DNA of 64,000 nucleotides from the IMG/VR virus record IMGVR_UViG_3300028832_000117, positions 1 to 64,000 of that record, one strand, 5' to 3'. Position numbers and translations under genes: made by a program. The DNA is from a virus (lineage: Duplodnaviria; Caudoviricetes). Below, piece by piece: positions 37,546 through 47,570 of this stretch; positions within the stretch are counted from its first letter, which is position 1; every line of letters starts with the position of its first letter. The notes below the pieces were generated by a model that made no database searches, was not told the DNA's origin, and saw only the letters and a list, made by a program, of their open reading frames with translations.

Positions 37546-39627
37546 ATGTCAAGCAGAACAGAAGACGAGCTGGCCGTAGCGATAGACTACGAGACCTACT
37601 ATCACTCGAGGGAAGGATACTCCCTCTCAAAAATGCCGACGTGGCAATACTGCGCGGACCCGCGCTTCGACGCGTACCTGGTGGCCATATGCGGCTACGA
37701 CATCTTCAGGAACCCCTCCGGCCTGGTCGCTACGGGGGACGTCAAGCCGGGGGTATACAGACGGCTGGACGACGGACGCGAACTGTACATCGGGAGACCT
37801 GAGCAGTTCCAGTACTGGGACGCGATAAAAGGCCGCCTATGCCTCGCCCACAACGCTTCGTTCGACCAGGTGGTCACGGTCGAGCTCGCCAAGCGCGGCA
37901 GGATCCCCGCATTCATGGGCGAGTCGAAGTGGGCGTGCACGGCCGACCTGTCGAGCTTCCTCATGGCTCCGCGCAACCTGAAGGGCGCGATGAAGGAGCT
38001 GTTCGGGAAGGAGATCTCGAAGGAGGTTCGAGCCGGCATGGACGGGCGGCACGACTACGAGCTCAACGAGAAGGAGTACCGCGACCTGGTCGAGTACGGC
38101 GGGTCCGATGCGGTCGAGTGCCACGACCTGTGGCTGAAGTACTCCTCCGAGTTTCCGTACATGGAGCGCCGCATCTCCGAGTTGAACCGTCTTTCCACCA
38201 TAAGGGGCATCAAGCTCGACGCGGAGTACGTCCGCAGCTCGCTCAAGGAACTCGAGTCCTACCTGGCGGTCGTGGCGTGCGACATCCCCTGGTACCCCGA
38301 GAAGGCGCTCGGTTCGCTCCCCGCCCTCAAGAAGGCCGTCGTCGACATGGGCCTCACACCCTGCAAGTCGTTCAAGAAGGACGACCCCGGGTTCCTCAGG
38401 TGGCAGGAGCAGCACGGCGACATCCCGTTCATCAAGGCGAGGCAGAAGGCCATCTCGATCTCCATGTGCATCGCCCGCCTCAAGACGATGCTGGAGACGA
38501 TGGACCCCGACGAGCGCTCGCACCCCGCGTTCCTCTTCTACGGAAGCCACACCGGCCGCTTTTCGGGACGCTCCGAGTCCGCCGGCAACATGAACCTCCT
38601 GAACCTGCCGCGCAAGCCCGTCCTGAGCGGGGACGAGCATGTGTTCAACGGAGCCGGCGTCGACATCCGCGGCATGTACATAGCCGACCCTGGACGCTCG
38701 CTGTACGTTGCGGACTACGCGCAGATCGAATCGAGGATGTCCCTCTGGCTCGTCAACGACACCCATATGGCCGAAGCGCTGAAGCGCGAGGGCAACCTCT
38801 ACACGGCCAACGCGGTCGCGATGGGCTGGTGCAAGTCGGGCGACGACATCAAGCACACGGCCCCCGAGCTGTACCGTCTCGCGAAGTGCTGCGTGCTCGG
38901 CCTGGGCTACGGCATGGGCGCCGTGAAGTTCATCGACTCCTGCAAGTCGCAGGGCCTCGACCTTCCGTCGGTCCCCGTGGAGGAGTGGCCTCCGATCGAC
39001 CGCCGCCTCCTCTTCATCCTGCGCAACGTCGCAGGCGTCCGCGGAGACCCCTACGCCCCCGTCAACCAGCATCGCGTCGGGCAGGTCATCTACTCGTTGC
39101 GCACCGTCGACTCCTGGCGCCAGGCGAACCATCTCGTCTGCGAGAAGTGGAAGGAGCTGGAGGCCGCGTTCAAGGCGAGGGCCATCGCGGGCAAGGAGAC
39201 CGTGGCGTTCCGCCTTCCGAGCGGACGCATCAAGAGGTACTGGAACCCGCAGCTCGCGAAGGAGCCTACGATCGAGGTCGGCGAGGACGGACGCGAACAC
39301 CCGTCGTTCCGCATCGCCATGCGTGCGAGCGTGATGCGCGGCGGCCCCGCGACGTTCTTCACGGGTGGGTCGCTGCTCGAGAACATCATCCAGGCCAGCG
39401 CCCGCGACCTGCTGATGAGCGCCATAGTCGAGGTGTGCGACAGGCATCCGAACTGGAACTACGTGTGGAACGTGTACGACGAATGCATCATAGACGTCCC
39501 CGACGAGGAGGTGCCGCTCGCCGAGGTCGAGATCCCGAAGCTGATGACGGGCGGCGACCACATCAAGTGGGCCGAGGGCCTCCTGCTCGAAGTCGAGGGC
39601 GGAGCATGCAAGAAGTACCACAAGTAA
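37546..39627 (+). CDS. polA: family A DNA polymerase with 3'-5' exonuclease
   Basis: AIDYET (ExoI), AHNASFD (ExoII), HTGRFS, ADYAQIESR (motif A), AKCCVLGLGYGMG (motif B), ENIIQASARD, VYDE (motif C). Confidence 0.92.
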   Translation: MSSRTEDELAVAIDYETYYHSREGYSLSKMPTWQYCADPRFDAYLVAICGYDIFRNPSGLVATGDVKPGVYRRLDDGRELYIGRPEQFQYWDAIKGRLCLAHNASFDQVVTVELAKRGRIPAFMGESKWACTADLSSFLMAPRNLKGAMKELFGKEISKEVRAGMDGRHDYELNEKEYRDLVEYGGSDAVECHDLWLKYSSEFPYMERRISELNRLSTIRGIKLDAEYVRSSLKELESYLAVVACDIPWYPEKALGSLPALKKAVVDMGLTPCKSFKKDDPGFLRWQEQHGDIPFIKARQKAISISMCIARLKTMLETMDPDERSHPAFLFYGSHTGRFSGRSESAGNMNLLNLPRKPVLSGDEHVFNGAGVDIRGMYIADPGRSLYVADYAQIESRMSLWLVNDTHMAEALKREGNLYTANAVAMGWCKSGDDIKHTAPELYRLAKCCVLGLGYGMGAVKFIDSCKSQGLDLPSVPVEEWPPIDRRLLFILRNVAGVRGDPYAPVNQHRVGQVIYSLRTVDSWRQANHLVCEKWKELEAAFKARAIAGKETVAFRLPSGRIKRYWNPQLAKEPTIEVGEDGREHPSFRIAMRASVMRGGPATFFTGGSLLENIIQASARDLLMSAIVEVCDRHPNWNYVWNVYDECIIDVPDEEVPLAEVEIPKLMTGGDHIKWAEGLLLEVEGGACKKYHK

Positions 39628-39638
39628 GGAGTCGCGCA

Positions 39639-41975
39639 ATGTCAACCAAGTTCCTGTATCTTCCCAACCTCGCCACCACGGACGTCACGGAGATCGAAAA
39701 GCCGTGGGACGTGGTCCTCTCCGACGAGGTCCAGGCGCTCAGCACCGAGGACTACAAGCGCAGGTGGCGCAACCCCGACACGAAGCACTGGCTGCTCCTC
39801 CTCGCCGAGGGGCGCGTCGCGGACCAGGTGGTCTCCGTCCTCAACCCGGCGGCGGTCCTCTATGGCTTCGCGGCCGACTACGACGGCACGGTGACCCCGG
39901 ACCTCTACGAGGCCCTGAGGACGAAGAAGGGTCCGACGAAGTACAGGCCCGCCTGGTGGTCCACCTCGCATTCGGGGAAGCTCCACCTCTTCTGGCTCTT
40001 CGACCGCCCGGTCTCCGTCGTCAACAACAAGCATGCGATGAAGCTCATGCACATCGTGGCCGCGAAGATCAAGGCGGCGATGTGGGCGGCGGGATACGAC
40101 CCCACATGCGAGAAGCCGACGCAGGTCATCGACATCGGCCGCGAATGGAAACCCGTGGACGAGTCGGCGCGCATCCCGGCGGACGAGGTCATAATGTGGG
40201 ACGTGAAGCTCTTCGAGCGGGAGGCGCAGTTCCTCGTGGACGAGCGCGTGGACATTCCGTTCGACGTCGCCATCGACGAGCTCCGCAAGCGTTCGTGGCC
40301 GCATCCGCTCCCCGCGACTATCACGGAGGGAACGAGGTGCCTCCGTTTCTGGGACCCGGACGCCGACAATACGACGGGTGCGCAGTTCACGTCGGCGGGT
40401 GTGCGCGTCTACACTCCGCACGACAACGGGTTCGTCTCGTGGAAGTTCCTCCTCGGCAAGGACTTCTGCGACGAGTATACGGCCCATTCCATGGCCCCGT
40501 TCTACGAGGACACGTTCTACTTCCCGGCGAAGGACGTGTACTGGCGCTTCCTGAGGTACGACGAGCACCCGCATTTCGAGCCGAGGCTGGAGAAGTCGCT
40601 GAGGCGCGACATGGTGATGGAGGCCAAGGTCTCCACGCGCAGCCCGAAGGACGGGCTCTCCCCGATCGAGGAGGTGCTGAAGAACATCGGCGACCGCCAC
40701 GCCGTGAAGTACGTGGCGCCACTCCTCTACGAGCGCACGGGTCGCGTGTTCTCGCCGGCCCTCGGGGACTACGTCCTGAACATCTCGACCGTGGTTCCCA
40801 AGGCCCCCGCGCCGCCCACTCCGGCCGATCCTATCGAGGTCGCCCAGCTCACCGAGAAGGGCGTGTTCCAGTACCGCGACGATCCGTTCCTGAGGCGCTG
40901 GGACAATCCGTTCGCGGTCCGCGACTTCCCGCACATCCACAGGCTCCTCACGGCGTTCTTCTCGCGCCCGTCCGCCTACCGCAAGTGGACCGTGGAGAAG
41001 GATGGGGACCCGCTCTGCGTACATGATGCGCTCGAAGGGCAGGGGCAGCTCTACTACCTCATCTCGTGGCTCGCGCACTTCTACAACGGCGCGTGCTCCA
41101 CGATGAAGGGCAAGGGGCAGGTCCTCTTCCTCGCAGGCGACACCGGGCTCGGGAAGTCGTTCTTCGTGCAGCAGATAGTCGGAGGCCTCATGGGAGGCGC
41201 CGACGACGCGGCCAAGTTCTACGTAGAGAACTCGCGCTTCTCCTCCACGCTCGCGAAGAAGCCCGTCCACTACATAGACGACCGCCTCGGCTCGCTCGCC
41301 AAGCGCAACCGCTTCGCGTTCACCGAGCGCCTGAAGACGCTCGCGGCGAACAGCCTCCTCCGCTACGAGGAGAAGTTCGGCTCGTCGGTCGAAGCCCTGC
41401 CGTGGCCCGGACGCCTCGTCGTCCTCTCCAACCTGGACAGGCAGTCGCTCTCGGTCCTTCCCGACCTCGAGATGTCGACGCGCGACAAGTTCATGATGCT
41501 CAAGATGATGGGTGCGAGGTTCGAGTTCGGCACCGAGGCCGAGAACGCCAAGTGGCTCGCCGAGGAGCTCCCGCACTTCGCGTGGTTCCTCAGGCGCTGG
41601 GAGACGCCCGGCGTGATGATGGACGCGCGCTTCGGCGTTGCGGCGTACCAGCATCCGGACCTCGCGAGGGCGTCCGCCGAGAACGGCGTCACGCTTATCG
41701 TAGCGGACGCGATACTCGACCGCATCGAGGAGGACAGGGCGCTTGCGGACCCGAAGGGCTCGGAGAGCGACAGGGGAGGCTGGGCGTTCGAGGGGCGCCT
41801 CGTCAAGATGTACCAGTGGCTCACGGAGAAGAACCCGTCCAACATCAGGGACTTCGACAAGCAGGACCTCATGAACTGCCTCGATGCGTTCCTGCGCTCG
41901 GGCGCGTACAACCTGGACTACGATACGGTCACCCGTGTCTGGCGGATCGCATATGATTTCAGAAAGCCCGCTTGA
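39639..41975 (+). CDS. primase-helicase (N-terminal primpol-like domain + C-terminal P-loop NTPase)
   Basis: FAADYDG and SHSGKLHLFW primase-like motifs; GDTGLGKS Walker A, HYIDD, VVLSN. Confidence 0.75.
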   Translation: MSTKFLYLPNLATTDVTEIEKPWDVVLSDEVQALSTEDYKRRWRNPDTKHWLLLLAEGRVADQVVSVLNPAAVLYGFAADYDGTVTPDLYEALRTKKGPTKYRPAWWSTSHSGKLHLFWLFDRPVSVVNNKHAMKLMHIVAAKIKAAMWAAGYDPTCEKPTQVIDIGREWKPVDESARIPADEVIMWDVKLFEREAQFLVDERVDIPFDVAIDELRKRSWPHPLPATITEGTRCLRFWDPDADNTTGAQFTSAGVRVYTPHDNGFVSWKFLLGKDFCDEYTAHSMAPFYEDTFYFPAKDVYWRFLRYDEHPHFEPRLEKSLRRDMVMEAKVSTRSPKDGLSPIEEVLKNIGDRHAVKYVAPLLYERTGRVFSPALGDYVLNISTVVPKAPAPPTPADPIEVAQLTEKGVFQYRDDPFLRRWDNPFAVRDFPHIHRLLTAFFSRPSAYRKWTVEKDGDPLCVHDALEGQGQLYYLISWLAHFYNGACSTMKGKGQVLFLAGDTGLGKSFFVQQIVGGLMGGADDAAKFYVENSRFSSTLAKKPVHYIDDRLGSLAKRNRFAFTERLKTLAANSLLRYEEKFGSSVEALPWPGRLVVLSNLDRQSLSVLPDLEMSTRDKFMMLKMMGARFEFGTEAENAKWLAEELPHFAWFLRRWETPGVMMDARFGVAAYQHPDLARASAENGVTLIVADAILDRIEEDRALADPKGSESDRGGWAFEGRLVKMYQWLTEKNPSNIRDFDKQDLMNCLDAFLRSGAYNLDYDTVTRVWRIAYDFRKPA

Positions 41976-42001
41976 CACCATGAGAGGAGATATGCTATAA
42001 T
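41972..42001 (+). promoter_or_regulatory. promoter
   Basis: TTGACA(CCAT)-N18-TATAAT with TATGC extension. Confidence 0.8.
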
Positions 42002-42010
42002 ATGGACACC

Positions 42011-42490
42011 ATGATGAAAGAGGAACAGACAGTATACTGCGGGTTCGACCCGGGCAAGGACGGCGCCGCTGCGTTTCTAGGCGGCGGGGAGGTGTATGTA
42101 GTGCCTTTCGACAAGGCCAGGTACATACAGGCGCTGCTGCTGTTCCAGCATGAAGGGTACAAGATACGTGCCGTCGTCGAGCATGTCGGCGCGATGCCGG
42201 GGCAGGGAGTGACAAGCTGCTTCTCGTTCGGCGAGTCGTTCGGCTGGCTGCAGGGGGTGCTGGACGCCATTGGCGTGTCGTATGAACTGGTACGTCCCCA
42301 GCGCTGGAAGAAAGAGTTCGGTTGCACGAAGGATAAGAACACGTCGATTGCCGTTGCGAAGCGGTTGTTCCCCGATGTGTCGCTTCGTAGAACAGAACGG
42401 TGCACGAAGGACCACGATGGTATGGCAGAAGCCTTATTGATGGCGTGTTTCGCCTTTCGTAAGATGGGAGGAACTGTCCATGGCGCGTAA
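42011..42490 (+). CDS. ruvC: RuvC-like Holliday junction resolvase
   Basis: CGFDPGKDGA, VVEHV, VRPQRWKK, DGMAEALLMA; start placed downstream of the -10 (42002 alternative). Confidence 0.85.
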   Translation: MMKEEQTVYCGFDPGKDGAAAFLGGGEVYVVPFDKARYIQALLLFQHEGYKIRAVVEHVGAMPGQGVTSCFSFGESFGWLQGVLDAIGVSYELVRPQRWKKEFGCTKDKNTSIAVAKRLFPDVSLRRTERCTKDHDGMAEALLMACFAFRKMGGTVHGA

Positions 42491-43148
42491 GGTCCCTCTC
42501 ATTCCGATAGGAAGCGTCTTTGGCCGGCTGACGGTGGTCGGACATACGACCCTCCGGGGGCGACGGGCGTGTAAGTGTTTGTGCGAGTGCGGTGCGTCTC
42601 GTATCGTAGCGTCTTCCGACCTGCGACTCCATCGTACACGTTCGTGCGGTTGCTACAACCAAGAGCAGCGTCTTGTATCCTCTAAGACCCACGGAGATTC
42701 GAGAACACGACTCTTCCGTATCTGGGCACTCATGATCGAGAGGTGCAAACCAGGCAATGTCCAAGCGAAGAATTACGGAGATCGTGGGATACGTGTCTGT
42801 GACGACTGGCAGAACTACGAGGCCTTCCGTGCGTGGGCCCTTGCGAGTGGGTATAGTGATGAGCTGACCATCGAACGTATTGACGTTGATGGTGATTATA
42901 CCGCTGAGAACTGCACATGGATCCCGAGGGCACGACAAGTGTTCAACCGTCGTACAACGGTTCGGGTGACCTTGAACGGTGAAACTAAATGTCTGTCTGA
43001 ATGGTGCCGTGAGAAAGGCGTAAAATACCACACAGCTATTGCTCGCTATAACAACGGTTGGGCAACAGAGCACCTTTTCGATCCACCTATTCCGCATGAG
43101 GTCTCTTTCAGAGGATCTGAATATATCAGGAGGCACTTCCATGGCTGA
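42480..43148 (+). mobile_element. free-standing HNH-type homing endonuclease gene
   Basis: CLCECG, RSCGC, NYGDRGIRVCDDW, LTIERIDVDGDYTAENCTW; more AT-ending codons than its neighbours. Confidence 0.8.
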
Positions 43149-43815
43149 AATGCTCAACCCGGTCGACGACGTGTTCCTCGACGAGAGCGGCAACCCGATA
43201 GGCCAGCTCGTCATGGCGAACTCCGTGCCTCAGGCGATGCCGGACACGGCGGTCGAGACCGCCGACGCGAACCTTGCGAAGTCGAAGGAGGAGGAGCTCG
43301 GGATGGACCTGGAGCTCTACCCCTACTACGAGGACATGGACAAGCGCCAGAAGGCGAAGCGCCTCTTCATCGTCGAATCGAAGACGGTCGCCGAGATCTC
43401 CAAGGCCACCGGGGCGCCCGAGCGCACGGTCGCGATGTGGGTGTACAACGAGCGCTGGGACTCCCTCGTCAAGAAGGAGCTGGCCGTCCGCGACATGCAA
43501 GCCAAGCTTGCGCTCGCGAAGATACGCGTCGAACAGCGCAACGTAATCGCCCTCGAGCAGCTCGAGCAGGCGAAGACCATCCGCAACCGTGCGGTCAAGG
43601 CGGTGGACGGCGGTGCCGTCAAGAGCGGCACGGACGCCTGGGCCGCGGCGGCCAAGGTCGAGCAGACCATCCTCGGCATCAAGGAGGGCGGCGACCTCGC
43701 GTCCGTGGCCGGCGCGACCGAGGAGGACGAGGACAAGAAGAGCGAGGGCGGCAAGAAGCCCCTCGTGGTCATTTTCAACGGCGGCCTGCCCGCCGCGACA
43801 AGGAGACCCCTATGA
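43141..43815 (+). CDS. HTH protein, terminase small subunit-like
   Basis: AKRLF...TVAEISKATGAPERTVAMWVYNERWD helix-turn-helix followed by helical oligomerisation-type segments. Confidence 0.5.
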   Translation: MAEMLNPVDDVFLDESGNPIGQLVMANSVPQAMPDTAVETADANLAKSKEEELGMDLELYPYYEDMDKRQKAKRLFIVESKTVAEISKATGAPERTVAMWVYNERWDSLVKKELAVRDMQAKLALAKIRVEQRNVIALEQLEQAKTIRNRAVKAVDGGAVKSGTDAWAAAAKVEQTILGIKEGGDLASVAGATEEDEDKKSEGGKKPLVVIFNGGLPAATRRPL

Positions 43816-44132
43816 AGAACGAATGCCCGGAATCCCTGGACAAGAGATGGGACCCGCGCTGGGACGCGAGGCCGGAGCTGTTGAGGCTCGCCGGCCCCAC
43901 CGTGGACCCCGACACGATAGACAAGATACTGGACTCGATGATCCTGCTGGTGGGCGGACGCCCGAAGACCTGCTTCGTCGGGTTCGGCACGTGGACGCGC
44001 AAGCCCTACCGCCGGAAGACCCCGGACGGGCGTACGCACTCCACGATGCGCATATGCTTCAACCTGGCCGACGCCGCGAAGAAGAGGCTTTACGGCGGAC
44101 GCCACATGCAGAAAGAGGAGATACAGAAATGA
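43812..44132 (+). CDS. HU/IHF-like DNA-binding protein
   Basis: FVGFGTW..KPYRRKTPDG arm motif. Confidence 0.55.
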   Translation: MKNECPESLDKRWDPRWDARPELLRLAGPTVDPDTIDKILDSMILLVGGRPKTCFVGFGTWTRKPYRRKTPDGRTHSTMRICFNLADAAKKRLYGGRHMQKEEIQK

Positions 44133-44283
44133 GCAAATGCTATACAGGCGTCGAGAGACGCGTAGCGATCGAGCCGAGCCTGGTCGAGTTCGTCCAGGTG
44201 GGCGATGAGGTGTACGACGTAAACGAGGTGATCGACGCCATAAGGAAGGCCGGCCTCACAAACAGGAAGAAGGGAGCGAAAGA

Positions 44284-44811
44284 ATGAAGAAGACTACAGA
44301 CGGCAAGGTCGTCAAGGGCAAGCTGATCGCCGAGAAGGAGGTCACCCTGCCGAACGGACAGAACGTGAAGGTCAAGCTCGTGGACTGCACCGAGCCGAAG
44401 ACCCCCAAGGTGCCCAAGGCAGCCTGGGGCACTGCGGAGTTCGCGGACGAGTTCAGTTACTTCGAGGCGCCCAAGGCCCTGCAGGCCAGGGTGCGCAAGG
44501 TGCTCGACAAGTCCGTCACGGACCTCATCGACACCGTGGAGGCCGTGGGTTCCCGCGGAGCCTGCGCGGTCGAGTTCTGGAACCGCATGGTGCGCCTCGG
44601 GGAGCTGGACAGGCTCGTCAAGCCTGTGGCCAAGCTTGCCATAGTGAACGCGAACGCGGCCATCGACACCCTCGGGATCAACCTTCTCGTGATGGTGCGC
44701 GAGCTCGTCAGCGTGAACCTCAAGGCCGAGTGGACCAAGAAGGACACCAAGAAGGATACCAAAAAGAAAGCCAAGAAGGTTGAGAAACCCGCCACGAAGA
44801 AAGGAGAGTGA
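44284..44811 (+). CDS. hypothetical protein with a Lys-rich tail
   Basis: 175-aa ORF in an operon. Confidence 0.7.
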   Translation: MKKTTDGKVVKGKLIAEKEVTLPNGQNVKVKLVDCTEPKTPKVPKAAWGTAEFADEFSYFEAPKALQARVRKVLDKSVTDLIDTVEAVGSRGACAVEFWNRMVRLGELDRLVKPVAKLAIVNANAAIDTLGINLLVMVRELVSVNLKAEWTKKDTKKDTKKKAKKVEKPATKKGE

Positions 44812-44814
44812 CCC

Positions 44815-45051
44815 ATGCGTCTCATACACATAGAAGTCGTATCCGGCGAGCGCAAGTCCGTCCCGAACAGCTTCACACCCCCGAAGCCGAAACCCGCAGC
44901 GAAGAAGGATTCCCCGCTCCTCACGGTGCGCTCGGACCTCGCCGAAGTCAGGGAAGCCCTGCTTGAGGGCAGCGACAGGAAGGCCCTGAGCCTGGTGGAC
45001 TATACGCTCGACTGCATCGACGAATACATCACCGAGGGAGGGCAGGTCTGA
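44815..45051 (+). CDS. hypothetical protein
   Basis: Coupled small ORF. Confidence 0.6.
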   Translation: MRLIHIEVVSGERKSVPNSFTPPKPKPAAKKDSPLLTVRSDLAEVREALLEGSDRKALSLVDYTLDCIDEYITEGGQV

Positions 45052-45323
45052 TGGCCGGCGGATCCATCAAAGTCGCGCTCACGGAGGATTGGGTGAACCC
45101 GATCGGCGGGTTCAACGAAGTCGTCGACGTCGAACGCGCCTATAAATGGATAGCGAACGCTGCGGCGTCGGGCCCGTACCGCAAGGCGGGCTACAACCGC
45201 AGCATCTTCGAACCCAAGACGAAGAGCATCGTCGTGGACTTCGGCGACTACCGTACGTTCGGCCTCATCCGGTTCGAGACTATAGACGACATGTACGCCA
45301 AGACGAAGGAGAGCCCCTCATGA
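45051..45323 (+). CDS. hypothetical protein
   Basis: Coupled small ORF with GGAGG SD. Confidence 0.65.
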   Translation: MAGGSIKVALTEDWVNPIGGFNEVVDVERAYKWIANAAASGPYRKAGYNRSIFEPKTKSIVVDFGDYRTFGLIRFETIDDMYAKTKESPS

Positions 45324-45964
45324 TGGAGATCGTGGACGAACTCGTGACCCCCGGCTGTCCACAGTGCGCCGTCAAGCACCTGAGCGCCGCCGTCGCGTAC
45401 ATCGCGGACGGCGAAGCCCAGACCAATCACGTGCCCAGCATCGTGATCGGCACCTACATGGCGCGTGCCCTCATCAACCTCGTCGAGACGATGGAAGGCT
45501 ACAATACGCACTTCGACTTCGCGATCGGCCTCCTCCAGAGGGCCGAGGAGCTCGCAGCATCGGAGGAGGGCTCGTCCGCGAGGCTCTTCATGTACGCAGC
45601 GAGGTCCATCCGCGTCAAACTGATCGCGGCGGGGCCCAAGGATGACGCGATAGGTTCGGCGATCACGAGCCTCGAGGCGTCTGTCGATCGTGCATGCATG
45701 GCCCTCGGGCACATAAGGGAGGCGATGCGCGAACTGCCCGGTCGCGGAATCGACCTGACGCTTGACGTGAAGTGCCTCGCCAACATGATCGCCAAGATCC
45801 GTGACGAATACCTTCTCGAGCCGGACGCCACGACGGCGCCGGTCGACGGGAACAAACCAGCCACAGAAGGAGAAACCGACATGGCTATGAAGAAGAAAGC
45901 AGGCTGCAAGGGTACGACCAAGTGCGCCTGCAAGGGTGGCAAGACCGCCAAGAAGGGCAAGTAA
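45320..45964 (+). CDS. hypothetical protein (CPQCAVKH motif; Lys-rich C-terminal peptide with a possible internal start at 45881)
   Basis: ATGA coupling, AAGGAG SD. Confidence 0.6.
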   Translation: MMEIVDELVTPGCPQCAVKHLSAAVAYIADGEAQTNHVPSIVIGTYMARALINLVETMEGYNTHFDFAIGLLQRAEELAASEEGSSARLFMYAARSIRVKLIAAGPKDDAIGSAITSLEASVDRACMALGHIREAMRELPGRGIDLTLDVKCLANMIAKIRDEYLLEPDATTAPVDGNKPATEGETDMAMKKKAGCKGTTKCACKGGKTAKKGK

Positions 45965-46062
45965 GCCCCAGGCCCGGGCGGAGGGAGTTTCCACCTCTTT
46001 CGCACCTCCGCCCGGCGCCTTCAAGAACCGCGAAATGGTGGAACCTAAGGAGAGCAATCAAG

Positions 46063-46413
46063 ATGGAAAAGACAGACAAGAAGCCGGTCGAGAAGACCGC
46101 ACCGAAGTGGGGCACGAAGGAGTGGATCGCGGCATACCCGTGGTCCAAGATGGACCGCAAGCGCAAGCGTCGCGTCATCGCCGCGCTGTCTAAGGAGCGC
46201 GGAGACCTCCTCACACAGGACGCGGGCAAGGTCACGTTCCTCCACGCGTGCATGGCCAATACGTTGTTCGAGTCGAAGAAGACCATAGAGCGCGTGTGCA
46301 AGCTGTTGGACACGATCGACGCTTCGGCGGTGAAGGTCCTGGACGCGGTGGTCGCTGCGTGGCTCACGGAGGCCTGGGGCCTCTGGACGGACGCCGCGAA
46401 AGGCAAGAAGTAA
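46063..46413 (+). CDS. hypothetical protein
   Basis: AAGGAG SD. Confidence 0.65.
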   Translation: MEKTDKKPVEKTAPKWGTKEWIAAYPWSKMDRKRKRRVIAALSKERGDLLTQDAGKVTFLHACMANTLFESKKTIERVCKLLDTIDASAVKVLDAVVAAWLTEAWGLWTDAAKGKK

Positions 46414-46424
46414 GGAGGAAGCCG

Positions 46425-46700
46425 ATGCCGCGTGTCACGACTACGGATCTGGCGGGCAGGGATGTGTACTCCGTTCGCCGCTACTGCGTGAAGTGCCACG
46501 CGGTGTCGCGCCTCCGCCGTCGGGCCAAAAGGTGCCCGGTGTGCGGGGAGCTTCTCGTACTTACCAAGGAGACCCAGGGCCGGTGGAGCAACCCGTTCTA
46601 CAGGCCCGAGGTCACCGGAGAACCACCGATGAAGATAGAGCAACCATGGCTGCCGGGGCTCGAGCCCGGGGAGGACGGACAGGATGTGCGTTCTCGCTGA
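46425..46700 (+). CDS. zinc-ribbon protein
   Basis: CVKCH...CPVCGE; AAGGAGG SD. Confidence 0.6.
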   Translation: MPRVTTTDLAGRDVYSVRRYCVKCHAVSRLRRRAKRCPVCGELLVLTKETQGRWSNPFYRPEVTGEPPMKIEQPWLPGLEPGEDGQDVRSR

Positions 46701-46972
46701 CACGATAAGCGACTGGGAGTTCGCGATCCTTCTGGTCGCCGGACTCCTCCTTGTTCTCATATCGGAGAGCAGGTGACCGATACGCGAAGCAAGCTCGACG
46801 CCGCATACGCAGAGGTCATGTCGAGACCTTTGACGCCTGATGAACTGAAAGGTTTCATAAAAACTGAAAAGAAGACAAAACAGGTCCGACCTTACGTAAG
46901 TGTGGGTATCGCAAGACACCGCGAGAAACGCGGACCGAAGGTCGAACTCGGAGTGAAAGGAACATTCTGACC

Positions 46973-47287
46973 ATGACGATAGAAGAACTGAAGACACAGC
47001 TGACGGAGGAGTCAGCACTACTCGTGGCGGAGACCCAGAAGGTCGTCGATCTCATCACCGAGGCCGCCGCGGTAACCGCGGATGGCATGGAGGTCGCGAG
47101 CTTCTCGACCGCCAGGATGCTGATGGACGGACTCAATGCAAGGCTGTCCGGTGCGGACCTCAAGAGCCTGGCAGGTGCGGCAAACGCGATCGCCCGTCTC
47201 GCCAAGGAGACCGTGGAGTCCAAGGGAACCCCTGAGCCCGTCGAAAAACCCGTGAAGCCCGCGAGGCCGATGAGGACCGATGTCTGA
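46973..47287 (+). CDS. hypothetical helical protein
   Basis: AAGGA SD; 104 aa. Confidence 0.65.
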   Translation: MTIEELKTQLTEESALLVAETQKVVDLITEAAAVTADGMEVASFSTARMLMDGLNARLSGADLKSLAGAANAIARLAKETVESKGTPEPVEKPVKPARPMRTDV

Positions 47288-47570
47288 CGGGTTCTACATA
47301 AAGCCCCTGCGCGGAACGGTCATCATCCATGACGACCAGCCGGAGACCACGGTGGGCGGGGTCGCCATTCCGGACACGGTGTTCGGATGCAGGCACCTCG
47401 ACTTCACCGTGGTCGCCGTGAACCCCGAGGACAAGCTCGACTTCGGGGTCGGCTCGGTCGTCATACTGGACGATCCGAACGTCGCAGGGGACATGAACCA
47501 CAGGAGGATGATGGACGGCGTGGTGTACCGCGCCGTCCCCGTCGAACACATAATCGGAGTGAAGGAATGA
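47280..47570 (+). CDS. groES: GroES-like co-chaperonin
   Basis: IKPLRGTVII...ETTVGGVAIPD...VVAV...VGSVVI...EHIIGV, 96 aa. Confidence 0.7.
   Translation: MSDGFYIKPLRGTVIIHDDQPETTVGGVAIPDTVFGCRHLDFTVVAVNPEDKLDFGVGSVVILDDPNVAGDMNHRRMMDGVVYRAVPVEHIIGVKE

Noticed and set aside
37839-39638. 1378-aa ORF and other long Arg/Gly/Pro-rich overlapping or antisense ORFs (for example 39642..43214, 5610..7727, 34591..36966)
   Set aside because: Shadow frames of high-GC genes; only the portions with motifs and SD sites were kept
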